DNA of 64,000 nt from an uncultured Candidatus Saccharibacteria bacterium (GCA_964601615.1 CAZRNZ010000002.1:142826-206825); one strand, 5' to 3'; shown: positions 45,263 through 54,432, counted from the first letter of the stretch. Notes: a model not told the origin generated them from the sequence alone. Program-made: numbers and translations.

Positions 45263-47440
45263 TCACTCTAAGTGTAGAGATTGATTGGTGAGACTGACTC
45301 TCTCATTGAGTAGGGGATGCTTTGCTAACTCAGAATCTTTAGCTATTAAGGAACGAGCTTCTGTTCTGGCTGCTTCCACTAATTTTATATTTTTGATTGC
45401 TTCCATTCCTAAGTCAGTAAGGCCTGACTGCTTTCCACCATATAGTTCGCCAGAACCTCTGAATTGTAGGTCATACTCAGATAATTCGAAGCCATTTTTA
45501 GCTGTTACCAAAGCCTTGAGACGGTCTTTAGTTTTTTCACTTTTTGATTCAGTGACAGTGAAGCAGTAAGGTTGATGAGTTCCTCTAATTACACGACCAC
45601 GAAGCTGGTGAAGTTGAGAAAGACCAAATCTTTCAGCACCTTCGATAATAATGTTTGTTGCATTCGGTACGTTTACACCAACTTCCACCACTGAAGTTGC
45701 TACCAAAATATCTATCTGGTGTTCTAAGAACTTATGCATGACTTTATCTTTTTCAGCAGGAGTCATTTTGCCATGAAGTACATCTATTTTTGATTTCGTA
45801 AAAACATTTCTACGCAATCTTTCAGCCTCAGTGTTGACATTTTTGAGATTCAGGCTGTTTTGTTTGTCAGGGTCTGGCTCGTCAATGCGAGGACAAATTA
45901 CATAAGCTTGTCTGCCAGATTCTAATTCGCTCTTGATATGTTCGTACATTGGTTCTTGTTGGTTTGGACCAATGATTTTTGTGATTACAGGTTTTCGACC
46001 AGCGGGCATTTGGTCTAGTAGAGTAATATCTAGGTCACCATAGATAGTAAGAGCTAGAGTGCGAGGTATTGGTGTGGCGGTCATCGAAAGAAGGTGGGGA
46101 ATGGGTGCGCCTTTCTTGGTCAATGCTTTTCTTTGGTTGGTACCAAATCGATGTTGCTCATCAATAATTACATAAGCGAGATGTTTAAATTCTACAGTTT
46201 TATAAACCAGTGCATGTGTACCAATAAGAATTGGAATCTCACCATTTTTAACCCATTTAAGTAATTGAGCTTTAGAGATTTTTGTTGGTTTGGTGGGGTC
46301 AGATTTTGATGGAAACTTATAACAACCACTACCTGTAATTAAGCCAATCTGTACCGGAAGGTGTGAGAAATATTTTATAAAACTTTCAAAATGTTGTTTA
46401 GCTAGAATTTCGGTCGGTGCCATATAGGCAACCTGAAGATTGCCGTAATCAATACCGCTTTTGGTCGACAGTCCTTCGGGTGGGCGACTCATTGCTACCG
46501 CATACGCAGTAGCTGCTGCAACAGCAGTCTTGCCACTACCAACATCTCCTTCAAGTAGTCGTGACATAGGATGTTGTCCTTTGAAATCTTTTACAATTTC
46601 TTTAATTGCTTTTTGTTGAGCTTCAGTAAGTGGGAAAGGAAAACGTGAGACAAATTCTTTTATATCTTTTTCAGCTGTAGAAATATCATAAGTGGTAGCG
46701 GCACTAACCATGGCACGTTCACGGGCTTTTTGTAGTTGGATATAAAAAACTTCTTCAAAAGCAAAACGTTTTCTCGCACCTTCAGCGTGTTCTACTTTTC
46801 TGGGTGAGTGAATATATCGTAGTGCAATTGGTAGCGGATATAGTTTGTATTTTTTAGTGATTGTTTCTGGAATTGGGTCACTAATGGTTTCTAGTATGCC
46901 TGCTTCAAAACATTTTAAAATCGTATGATAAAACCAGCGACTAGTAACACCTTTACTCTCTCGATAAACAGGATAGATTGATTCTTCCAAATTTTCTCCG
47001 TTTGAAAAAATTGAATCATGTCTATCAATAGGAAGATTTTTTATTGGTTCAACTTCTGGGTTAGCAATGTATGGTTTTTCTCCACCGGTAACTTTGCCAG
47101 AAACTTTTACATACATGCCGTCTTGATACATTTTTGCTAAGTAAGGTTGGTTGAACCACATCAATTTTATTCTTGATGTCCCATCTTCTAAATAACCTTC
47201 GGCAATAGGTCTTTTACTTTTCCAAGCTTTACGAGCCTGAAGACCAGAAAGTTGTCCATAAACTATAGCGTCTTGTCCGTCTGAAATATTTGAAATTGCT
47301 TGAATGTCACTGATGTTGTCGTAACGTACTGGTAGATGATAAAGCAGGTCACCAACTGTGTTGATGTTGAGTTTAGATAAAGCTTTTTGATGGGCAGAAT
47401 CTATACGGAAATGATCAGTGAGCTTATCGTTAATAGTCAT
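45263..47440 (-). CDS. recG: ATP-dependent DNA helicase RecG.
   Basis: N-terminal wedge/OB region, SF2 helicase motifs (GDVGSGKT, DEQHRFG) and TPIPRTL. 725 aa. Confidence 0.85.
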   Translation of the reverse strand: MTINDKLTDHFRIDSAHQKALSKLNINTVGDLLYHLPVRYDNISDIQAISNISDGQDAIVYGQLSGLQARKAWKSKRPIAEGYLEDGTSRIKLMWFNQPYLAKMYQDGMYVKVSGKVTGGEKPYIANPEVEPIKNLPIDRHDSIFSNGENLEESIYPVYRESKGVTSRWFYHTILKCFEAGILETISDPIPETITKKYKLYPLPIALRYIHSPRKVEHAEGARKRFAFEEVFYIQLQKARERAMVSAATTYDISTAEKDIKEFVSRFPFPLTEAQQKAIKEIVKDFKGQHPMSRLLEGDVGSGKTAVAAATAYAVAMSRPPEGLSTKSGIDYGNLQVAYMAPTEILAKQHFESFIKYFSHLPVQIGLITGSGCYKFPSKSDPTKPTKISKAQLLKWVKNGEIPILIGTHALVYKTVEFKHLAYVIIDEQHRFGTNQRKALTKKGAPIPHLLSMTATPIPRTLALTIYGDLDITLLDQMPAGRKPVITKIIGPNQQEPMYEHIKSELESGRQAYVICPRIDEPDPDKQNSLNLKNVNTEAERLRRNVFTKSKIDVLHGKMTPAEKDKVMHKFLEHQIDILVATSVVEVGVNVPNATNIIIEGAERFGLSQLHQLRGRVIRGTHQPYCFTVTESKSEKTKDRLKALVTAKNGFELSEYDLQFRGSGELYGGKQSGLTDLGMEAIKNIKLVEAARTEARSLIAKDSELAKHPLLNERVSLTNQSLHLE

Positions 47441-47499
47441 TGTTTATAAATAATAACAAATAAATAAGTTCTGTTTAGGCGGGGTATAGAAATATCTGA

Positions 47500-47528
47500 T
47501 TGACATTTACTAACAAATATGCTATTAT
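47500..47528 (+). promoter_or_regulatory. Consensus sigma70-type promoter, TTGACA-N17-TATTAT, 66 nt upstream of the 47595 CDS.
   Basis: -35 TTGACA at 47500-47505, a 17-nt spacer, and -10 TATTAT at 47523-47528. Confidence 0.6.
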
Positions 47529-47594
47529 GAGAAAGGTTAGTCGCACACATTTTGTGGCGATGTTTTTTGAAAAAGCAACTTAGGAGTTAATAAA

Positions 47595-48575
47595 ATGAGC
47601 AAGCATACTGACAAGTCTGTCCGTGTTTCCAATTTTCACTATTCTCCCTACGGCGGCATCAGGCAGGGTATTCCGCTTATTGACGACATGCCGAATCTTC
47701 GCAACAACGGTCGGAACTTTCCGTCGCACGTCAGGTGCGGTGAGAGGTTTCTTGCTTTGAATTACAAGGATCGTCCGGCGACACGCTTTATTGAAGATGC
47801 ATCTCGCGTCATGGACGCTGATGTTTTCAGTATCACACCAGCCGAAGGTTCGCCCTTCGATGTTTTGTCGAAAGGTACTGGTGATTCTGTCTTGATCTAT
47901 GTCGAGACCAAGCCAAACGATCGTCGCATCAAGGAAAAAAACCTCGGCGTCGACGTTCGTGAAGGTGTGATGGTGGACGACGGTGGCAAACTTGTCATGT
48001 ATTCTCGTGAAAATGGGCAGTTTCTGATCCAGCTTCGCAGTGGTCAGGGTGCTTACATTTTCATGAGGAACGGCTTAGTGACTCGAATTGATGTCCACGG
48101 CGGCAATGTGATTGAATCAAAACTCGATTTTATCACAATGGCCAGACTTCATGTGGAAAGGTTGGAGAGCGAAATCAATTTCCAAGAAAACCTTGAGGAC
48201 GAAAATGAACGTCGTCTTCATGGGATTCTCGGAAGTGCTGTCCGTTTGCTCAACAATTCACTACGTCGTCCAGAAGTGCGTCGGGTGTTCGTCGGTTTTC
48301 TTGTCGAACACGCTGATAGACTGCCGAAGTCTTTCCGAGAAACTGTAAGGACTTCGCTCTTGTCGGTCGGCGATATGTATGCCGGCAATTTCGTCGAAGG
48401 TTGGGATGGTAACGTCATTTCTCTTACTCAGGGCAAGACTGGCGTCATTTCAGACAAATTGAAAGAAGCGAATACTCGTCGTTCACTTCGTCGTGAAAAC
48501 GACCGTCAGATGCGCAGCCGCATGAAGGGCTCTTCCAACGGCGGCTCCAAGAAAAAAGTTGCCGAAAAAGCCTAA
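47595..48575 (+). CDS. Hypothetical protein, 326 aa. GC is markedly higher than the surroundings (about 55-57% versus about 40%), so it is probably horizontally acquired.
   Basis: RBS AGGAG 7 nt upstream. No family recognised. Composition shift seen directly. Confidence 0.5.
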   Translation: MSKHTDKSVRVSNFHYSPYGGIRQGIPLIDDMPNLRNNGRNFPSHVRCGERFLALNYKDRPATRFIEDASRVMDADVFSITPAEGSPFDVLSKGTGDSVLIYVETKPNDRRIKEKNLGVDVREGVMVDDGGKLVMYSRENGQFLIQLRSGQGAYIFMRNGLVTRIDVHGGNVIESKLDFITMARLHVERLESEINFQENLEDENERRLHGILGSAVRLLNNSLRRPEVRRVFVGFLVEHADRLPKSFRETVRTSLLSVGDMYAGNFVEGWDGNVISLTQGKTGVISDKLKEANTRRSLRRENDRQMRSRMKGSSNGGSKKKVAEKA

Positions 48576-48589
48576 GTTCTATGGCTAAT

Positions 48590-48626
48590 TGAGCCGGTTC
48601 GCTTTGTGAACCGGCTCTTCTTTTTA
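48590..48626 (+). terminator. Terminator (GAGCCGGTTC-GCTTTGT-GAACCGGCTC plus T-run).
   Basis: 10-bp stem plus TTCTTTTT. Confidence 0.65.
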
Positions 48627-48658
48627 CTTAAATTATAAATGGAATATACTTATCTGGT

Positions 48659-49843
48659 ATGGCTAGCAAAACAATCAAGAAAACAGTAAGTAAAAAGATT
48701 ACAACCAAGAAGAAGGATTACAACAAATTAGCACTCACTTTACATAAAAAACTTAAGGGTAAGTTGAGTATTTCTATAAAAGCTAAACTAAAAACAAAAG
48801 ATGACTGGAGCACAATGTATACTCCGGGAGTTGGTGCGGTCTCATCTTATATTGCAAACAAACCAAGAGAAGCAAGAGATTATACTATTAAGAGAAATAC
48901 TGTTGCGGTAATTTCTGATGGTTCTGCGGTGCTTGGATTAGGAAACTTGGGTGCACTTGGTGCTTTGCCAGTAATGGAAGGTAAGTGTGCAATTTTTAAA
49001 GAAATGGGGGATGTGGACGCGTTTCCGATTGTGCTTGATACGCAAGATACTGAAGAAATAATTAAAGTTGTAAAAGCAATTGCTCCAACCTTTGGTGGTA
49101 TTAACCTTGAAGATATTGCTGCACCACAGTGTTTTGAGATTGAAGAAAGATTAAAGGCAGAACTTTCCATTCCAGTAATGCATGACGATCAACATGGAAC
49201 TGCGGTGGTTGTTTTAGCTGGATTGATAAATGCAGCTAAAGTGGTTAAGAAAAACTTGGCTAATTTGAAAGTTGTGATTGTTGGTGCTGGTGCTGCTGGA
49301 ACAGCGATTGCAAAACTTTTAGTTGGGGCAGGTATTGAAGACGTTGTTGTGGTTGATAAGAGTGGAGCTTTATCTCTATCTCGTGGTTTATCTGGTTACA
49401 AAAAAGACTTAGTAAAAATAACCAATCCAAGAAATGTAACGGGTGAATTGGCTGATGTGATTGTTGGTGCTGATGTGATTGTTGGTGTGTCTGGTCCTGG
49501 TTCTATCACACAACACCATATTGAATTAATGGCTGAAAAAGCAATTGTGTTTGCTTTAGCTAATCCTGTACCAGAGATAAATCCTGAAGACGCCAAAAGG
49601 GCAGGTGCTGCTGTGGTTGCGACTGGAAGAAGTGATTATCCTAATCAGGTAAATAACTCACTAGCTTTTCCGGGAATTTTCCGTGGTGCGTTAGATAGGA
49701 ATTTAACAGCTATCACAGACGAAATGAAATTAGCTGCAGCTAAAAAGATTGCTTCTTTAGTAAAGAAACCAACAGCTGACAGTATTATTCCGCCAGTAAT
49801 GACTCCTGGTTTGGTGAAGGCAGTAGCAAGTGTAATTAAGTAA
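48659..49843 (+). CDS. NAD(P)-dependent malic enzyme (short type) with a K-rich N-terminal extension.
   Basis: MYTPGVGAVSSYIANKP...VISDGSAVLGLGNLGALGALPVMEGKCAIFKEMGDVDAFPIVLD...GAGAAGTAIAKLL. Confidence 0.8.
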   Translation: MASKTIKKTVSKKITTKKKDYNKLALTLHKKLKGKLSISIKAKLKTKDDWSTMYTPGVGAVSSYIANKPREARDYTIKRNTVAVISDGSAVLGLGNLGALGALPVMEGKCAIFKEMGDVDAFPIVLDTQDTEEIIKVVKAIAPTFGGINLEDIAAPQCFEIEERLKAELSIPVMHDDQHGTAVVVLAGLINAAKVVKKNLANLKVVIVGAGAAGTAIAKLLVGAGIEDVVVVDKSGALSLSRGLSGYKKDLVKITNPRNVTGELADVIVGADVIVGVSGPGSITQHHIELMAEKAIVFALANPVPEINPEDAKRAGAAVVATGRSDYPNQVNNSLAFPGIFRGALDRNLTAITDEMKLAAAKKIASLVKKPTADSIIPPVMTPGLVKAVASVIK

Positions 49844-49863
49844 TTGGTTGGTATTTAGTCTTA

Positions 49864-49896
49864 AAGAGGGGCGCCGCAGGCGCCCCTCTTTATTTT
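49864..49896 (+). terminator. Terminator (AGAGGGGCGCC-GCAG-GCGCCCCTCT plus T-run), a near-copy of the hairpin at 30953.
   Basis: Same 11-bp stem as 30953-30985. Confidence 0.7.
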
Positions 49897-50038
49897 TCTC
49901 CCTCTCATAATTTGAAAACATTGTCACTTTAAAGTACTATGTTGCTTGCTGCTTAATTAGTGGCATTTCAAAAGAAAAACAGAGCGTGATTATGAATGTA
50001 ATGGTTTATATTCATAGCTCTGGACTCTGATGAAATAC

Positions 50039-50125
50039 GGAGCCGTGGCTGAGTGGTCGAAAGCACCTCACTGCTAACGAGGCAGGGTCTAAAAGCCCTC
50101 GAAGGTTCGAATCCTTTCGGCTCCG
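50039..50125 (+). tRNA. tRNA-Ser with anticodon GCU (long variable arm).
   Basis: Acceptor GGAGCCG/CGGCTCC, anticodon loop CTGCTAA, long variable arm CAGGGTCTAAAAGCCCTC, T-arm GAAGG-TTCGAAT-CCTTT. Followed by a terminator hairpin at 50140-50165. Confidence 0.8.
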
Positions 50126-50267
50126 CAAAACAATGAGCCCAACGCGTTAGCGTTGGGCGATTGTGTTTTTTCGAGAGACGAAAGAATTCGAAAAGGTTGC
50201 CTGATATTTTAAGGAGCGAAGCTGAATTAAAATATCGACAACCTGTACTGGTCATGTAATGACCGAA

Positions 50268-50284
50268 ACTCCTTTCGGCTCCGC
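50268..50284 (+). repeat. 17-nt near-exact direct repeat (16/17) of the tRNA-Ser 3' end (ACTCCTTTCGGCTCCGC), 142 nt downstream of the tRNA. It has an att-site-like signature.
   Basis: Compare tRNA 50110-50126 AATCCTTTCGGCTCCGC. Confidence 0.5.
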
Positions 50285-50379
50285 GATTACAAAATAGCGC
50301 CCATTAAGGGCGCTATTTTGTTAATGGTTGTTTTTATATTTAAAAATGGTCGCTGAAATATCAGCGACCATTGAAAGAT

Positions 50380-50868
50380 CTAGACTCGTCTCTTTTCTTT
50401 AGATGGCAAGGGTCGTTCTTTGTTGTGAACTGTTCTTGCTAAAAGGTTGTAACATTCCTTAAAACTATCGATAGTAAACAGATTACCAATTTTACTTTCA
50501 ATAAAATCTATTTGATCAGCAATTTCTATTCCTATTTGTTTTCCTTCTAGTGTAAGTTCAATGTAGCGTGTCCTGCGATCATTTCCAGTAGAATAAATAA
50601 TATAGCCAAGTCTGATTAAACCTTTGATGCTGTAACTTACATTTGAACCAAGATAGTATCCTTTTCTTGATAAGTCTCCTAATCGAATAGATGATGCTGG
50701 ATGTTTAGCCATTCGACTCAATATAAGAGCAGAGGGAAAGTTGAGCTGATCTGGTATATCTAAAGCTTCTCTGACAAAATACTCGATTAAATGTTGAAGG
50801 TTCTCCACTCGAGCATGAAAATCATGAATAGGTAAGTCAGCCCTAGTGAGTAACTTTACTGTAGTCAT
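50380..50868 (-). CDS. MarR-family transcriptional regulator.
   Basis: Winged-helix pattern (...LGDLSRKGYYLGSNVSYSIKGLIRLGYI...DRRTRYIELTLEGK). Start at the ATG at 50868. Confidence 0.65.
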   Translation of the reverse strand: MTTVKLLTRADLPIHDFHARVENLQHLIEYFVREALDIPDQLNFPSALILSRMAKHPASSIRLGDLSRKGYYLGSNVSYSIKGLIRLGYIIYSTGNDRRTRYIELTLEGKQIGIEIADQIDFIESKIGNLFTIDSFKECYNLLARTVHNKERPLPSKEKRRV

Positions 50869-50998
50869 TGATATGTTCCCCAAGAAGTTTCAACTGTTAG
50901 TCCAAACGATATTTAAGTATAAATATTTAACTAAGTCAATCAGAAAGGTCGTTAAAAAATCCCCAGCTTATAAAAGCTGGGGATTACTCGCGCAGGCA

Positions 50999-51556
50999 CT
51001 AACTGCAGGTCTGTATACGAATACCGTCTTGGAAACAACTCGAATCCTTTATAGTCTCATGCATGATATTGCTTCTTGTTAGATTATCAAGAAAAAGAAT
51101 GAGCCACCTAGACCAGTTTTTTCTTACAATGTCGCCAACTCCATTCCTTAGAGTTATAAATAGACACTTATTGCCAATTTCTATACAAGAGCCAGGCGGT
51201 AAATCTAGTGTTGTTCTATCTTCGATAAAATTTTGTTGGTCATTTATTGCACCAGATAATATCAATACATTATTAGTATTCTTGCGCGTATCAATGTAGA
51301 TACCTTCTTGGAATCCTTTTGAATCTTCAATGACTCTATGACTTGTATTATGAAGAACTAAAGCAGTAATTAAACGCTCAAACCATTCAGACCATATCTT
51401 CCGCATGGGAAAACCGGCAGAGGCTTTTAAGAAAATAATTAGGTATCCTTCACCATTTTTTATGCAAGAGCCATATGGTAGAACTAGGGTCGGATTATTA
51501 ATTTTACTGCTTTGTGTTGATTTGCTGGTACCAAAGAGCGACACCACGTTACTCAT
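50999..51556 (-). CDS. Hypothetical protein made of two tandem copies of a domain of about 85 aa.
   Basis: Internal repeat: LVLPYGSCIKNGEGYLIIFLKASAGFPMRKIWSEWF...HRVIEDSKGFQEGIYIDT versus LDLPPGSCIEIGNKCLFITLRNGVGDIVRKNWSRWL...HETIKDSSCFQDGIRIQT. Its start overlaps the upstream stop (ATGA). Confidence 0.5.
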   Translation of the reverse strand: MSNVVSLFGTSKSTQSSKINNPTLVLPYGSCIKNGEGYLIIFLKASAGFPMRKIWSEWFERLITALVLHNTSHRVIEDSKGFQEGIYIDTRKNTNNVLILSGAINDQQNFIEDRTTLDLPPGSCIEIGNKCLFITLRNGVGDIVRKNWSRWLILFLDNLTRSNIMHETIKDSSCFQDGIRIQTCS

Positions 51557-52278
51557 GTTTGTTCTTCCTTTCGAGGTTTAAGGAATATATACTCATCGTC
51601 CAGTCCAATAATGGTGCTAGAATCACTAGGGAATGGCAAAACCCACAAACATTCTTGACTTGTAATATTTGTGATGCCATTACCTACTTTTAAAAGTCGT
51701 TCGGGGTGATTTATGTTATCACTGTTAGTGGCAATTATTAGCCATTCGCCACAAGGTTGATCTAGATATGATAGTCGCAAAGCAAGGGCTGTCTCGTAGA
51801 AACATAAATCAAGGCCACTTGCAATCGCTTGTGCATAAAATAAATCGCGACGAAGTGATTTTGTACTTCGAAAGCCTAACCTCTTTGGTGTTACCCGCAC
51901 TAAGTCGACCTCATATGATTCGCTTTCAATATATTGTACCCAAGAGTTGCTAGTATCGTATCCTGTTGCAAGAATAGGGTGACCAATTTTGCAACCAAGT
52001 CTTTGAAACTCTTTTACATAATAATCATCCCTCTCTATCCAAAGATGTTCCATTTTGTTTAGAAAGAAATTTCTCATGGTGATAGTTTTCCAGATTGGAA
52101 TATCTTCTATGAGGAATTTACCTTTGAGGATATGACCCATAGCGTCTAATACAAAATCTGACGATAATTCACCATTAGCTATAGCTATGTCTATTTCCGA
52201 AAGTAGCGAAAGTAATCTTGTTTCGTATCCGGAATCATCAGTAACATCTGGCAGAGTAGACATTTTATTCATGTTCAC
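51553..52278 (-). CDS. Hypothetical protein, 241 aa, co-transcribed with the tandem-domain protein.
   Basis: ORF with a 4-nt overlap to the downstream gene. No family recognised. Confidence 0.45.
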   Translation of the reverse strand: MNMNKMSTLPDVTDDSGYETRLLSLLSEIDIAIANGELSSDFVLDAMGHILKGKFLIEDIPIWKTITMRNFFLNKMEHLWIERDDYYVKEFQRLGCKIGHPILATGYDTSNSWVQYIESESYEVDLVRVTPKRLGFRSTKSLRRDLFYAQAIASGLDLCFYETALALRLSYLDQPCGEWLIIATNSDNINHPERLLKVGNGITNITSQECLWVLPFPSDSSTIIGLDDEYIFLKPRKEEQT

Positions 52279-52339
52279 CTCCTAGATTTTCTATAAAAAG
52301 AACTTAATCTCGAAGCAATAAAACAGTATTTGTTTTTTA

Positions 52340-52378
52340 TTGTCAAATAAAAACCGCCGAGACACTTCTCGGCGGTCT
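52340..52378 (-). terminator. Terminator of the response-regulator gene on the minus strand (CCGCCGAGA-AGTGT-CTCGGCGG plus T-run).
   Basis: Hairpin at 52354-52375 followed on the minus strand by TTTTTATTT. Confidence 0.6.
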
Positions 52379-52389
52379 AATGTTTAATT

Positions 52390-53097
52390 TTATGCAGCAG
52401 CAACCTCGTGGGACTCATCGGGTTCCTTTAGAATATAACCTCGTCCCCACACTGTTTGAATATAGATATGGGCACTCTTGCCGGTAGCAAGCCTAATTTT
52501 CTTACGAAGCTTGCAGATAAATACATCGATGATCTTGAGTTCTGGCTCATCCATACCGCCGTAAAGGTAGTTGAGGAACATCTCTTTTGTAAGAGTGGTG
52601 CCAGAACGTAGAGCTAACAACTCCATCATCTTATATTCTTTTCCAGTTAGATGGATAGGATTATCAGATACAGCTACAGTTTTTGAGTCAAGGTTAATGG
52701 TGAGATCACCCATTTTAATAACGGATTCCGCATGACCTTTGCAGCGACGAACAATCGCAATTATCCTAGCAATCAGTTCATCTCGATGAAAAGGTTTTGT
52801 CAGATAATCATCAGCACCAAAACCAAGAGCTTTTACTTTATCTTCTACACCAGCAAGTCCAGAAATAACCATTATCGGTGTAGCAACTTTTGTACTCCTT
52901 AGAGTGCGTATCACTTCATATCCGGACATGTCGGGCAGGTTCAACTCTGTTAAAACAATATCGTAGTCATAGAGCTTGGCCAGATCAATTCCTTCTTCAC
53001 CGATGTCGGTAGTATAGATTGAAAAATTTTCAGCTTTCAGCATCAATTCTATTGATTGAGCTGTTGGTGGATGGTCCTCAATCAGTAGTACTCTCAT
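52390..53097 (-). CDS. ctrA: OmpR-family response regulator with very high similarity to alphaproteobacterial CtrA. The start is taken at MRVLLIEDH, preceded by a GAGGAG RBS.
   Basis: Receiver domain (MRVLLIEDH...[18 protein letters not shown]) and a winged-helix C-terminus [52 protein letters not shown]...TVWGRGY. From memory this is nearly identical to Caulobacter and Sinorhizobium CtrA. No adjacent histidine kinase. Confidence 0.7.
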   Translation of the reverse strand: MRVLLIEDHPPTAQSIELMLKAENFSIYTTDIGEEGIDLAKLYDYDIVLTELNLPDMSGYEVIRTLRSTKVATPIMVISGLAGVEDKVKALGFGADDYLTKPFHRDELIARIIAIVRRCKGHAESVIKMGDLTINLDSKTVAVSDNPIHLTGKEYKMMELLALRSGTTLTKEMFLNYLYGGMDEPELKIIDVFICKLRKKIRLATGKSAHIYIQTVWGRGYILKEPDESHEVAAA

Positions 53098-53228
53098 CTT
53101 CTTTCTCCTCGCATGATGAGTTTTTTCTGAGGTACAAGGTACAAATCCACTTTTAAAGTTACTAGTACGGTGTTGGATTGTCAAATTACATAAAATAAAG
53201 AGCCGCCTCATAAAATGAGGCGGCTTTC

Positions 53229-53528
53229 TTAGTTGCGATAAAAATTAGTATACGTTGATCGAAGTCCGGCAAAACCTTTTTCTTTAAATAGTTTCTGCCA
53301 ACTAATGAATTCATCCAAGCTTATCGACCAGTTCTCTTTGACTTCAGTCAATGTGAAAAGGCCTTTTTGTACAGCTAGGACAATTGCGGCTTTACGAGAC
53401 GGTGTCCAGCGGGTGAATTCTTGTCTCAAAATATCTTCTCTTGTCATAACATTGCCGTCTGGCAATGTTATGGCGTTACTCCGTGCTCCACTTTTTCTTT
53501 TTTGAATACTTTTGACGGTAATAGGCAT
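53229..53528 (-). CDS. DUF1153 / SciP-like small HTH protein.
   Basis: ...[53 protein letters not shown] fits the DUF1153 pattern (RWT..RKA.VV.AV..G.I...EA...Y.LS.EEF..W......G..GLR.T). 99 aa, immediately upstream of the CtrA-like gene. Confidence 0.5.
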   Translation of the reverse strand: MPITVKSIQKRKSGARSNAITLPDGNVMTREDILRQEFTRWTPSRKAAIVLAVQKGLFTLTEVKENWSISLDEFISWQKLFKEKGFAGLRSTYTNFYRN

Positions 53529-53618
53529 CGCCAGTTTCCTTAGAGAAAAACTTGTCTATAAATATAATACTACAAAAATCAGTTTTGTCTATGTAGTATT
53601 TATTGAGTTTATTTTGTG

Positions 53619-54293
53619 TTATTTAGCAGCATACCAACCAATAATCATAAGTGACTGGAAGAACCGAGTTGGACTTGAAAAGCCTTGTGAACGCATTAGT
53701 TCCTCAGTTTTTTCTGGTGGTAGTATTGTTAAATTACTTCTCATTAAGCTAGGTAGTTTTTCCAAAGATTCTGGTGTTGCGCCCATCAGGGTCTGAACTT
53801 TTTTCCAATTACCTAGCATGGTTGGAAAATTGTCTGAGTCTAAGTCAAAACTAATTTCTGTATTAATAAACTGACCTCCCAATTTCAATCTCTCAAAAAT
53901 ATTTTTGTAGTAGGGAAGACGATTTTCTTCTTTAATAAAATGTCCAACTAAGATACTCAAGACTGCATCAAATTCTTCTTTTGGTGCGTCTTCAATATAT
54001 CCGGTAATAAGTTCACATCTATTTAAAATTCCTGCTTCAGCCAGCTTTTGTTTGCAGACTTCTATCATTGATTCAGAAGGATCAACACCAACGAATTTCC
54101 AATCTGGATTTTCTTTAGCTAAAGAAATAATCTCGGTTCCAGTACCGACACCGACACAAAGTATGCGAGAATTTTCTGGTAAATCTTTCAATAACAATTT
54201 AATTAAAAAATGAACATTGTTGATTATTGGTTTAAGTCCGCTGTTCCTTTCGTCATAAGAATTTGATACTTGTTCGTTAAAAAAGTTTGTCAT
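53619..54293 (-). CDS. Class I SAM-dependent methyltransferase (CmoA/UbiE-like).
   Basis: ILCVGVGTGTEIISLA (motif I), DAVLSILVGHF, and LKLGGQFINTE. Confidence 0.65.
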   Translation of the reverse strand: MTNFFNEQVSNSYDERNSGLKPIINNVHFLIKLLLKDLPENSRILCVGVGTGTEIISLAKENPDWKFVGVDPSESMIEVCKQKLAEAGILNRCELITGYIEDAPKEEFDAVLSILVGHFIKEENRLPYYKNIFERLKLGGQFINTEISFDLDSDNFPTMLGNWKKVQTLMGATPESLEKLPSLMRSNLTILPPEKTEELMRSQGFSSPTRFFQSLMIIGWYAAK

Positions 54294-54432
54294 GTAGTTT
54301 TATTATATCAATATATTAATTTCATTTGACACTTCATATACTGAGGTCTATAGTCTCTAATAGATTGCTAATTTTCCACCAATTTCGGTTGGTGGTTTTA
54401 GTTCTTTCGACACAGTTCTATAGGAGGAAAAA

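Noticed and set aside
52390-53211. Longer 273-aa version of the CtrA-like response regulator from the ORF track.
   Set aside because: The extra 38 N-terminal residues are not receiver-like. A GAGGAG RBS precedes the internal ATG at 53097, which yields the canonical MRVLLIEDH receiver N-terminus.
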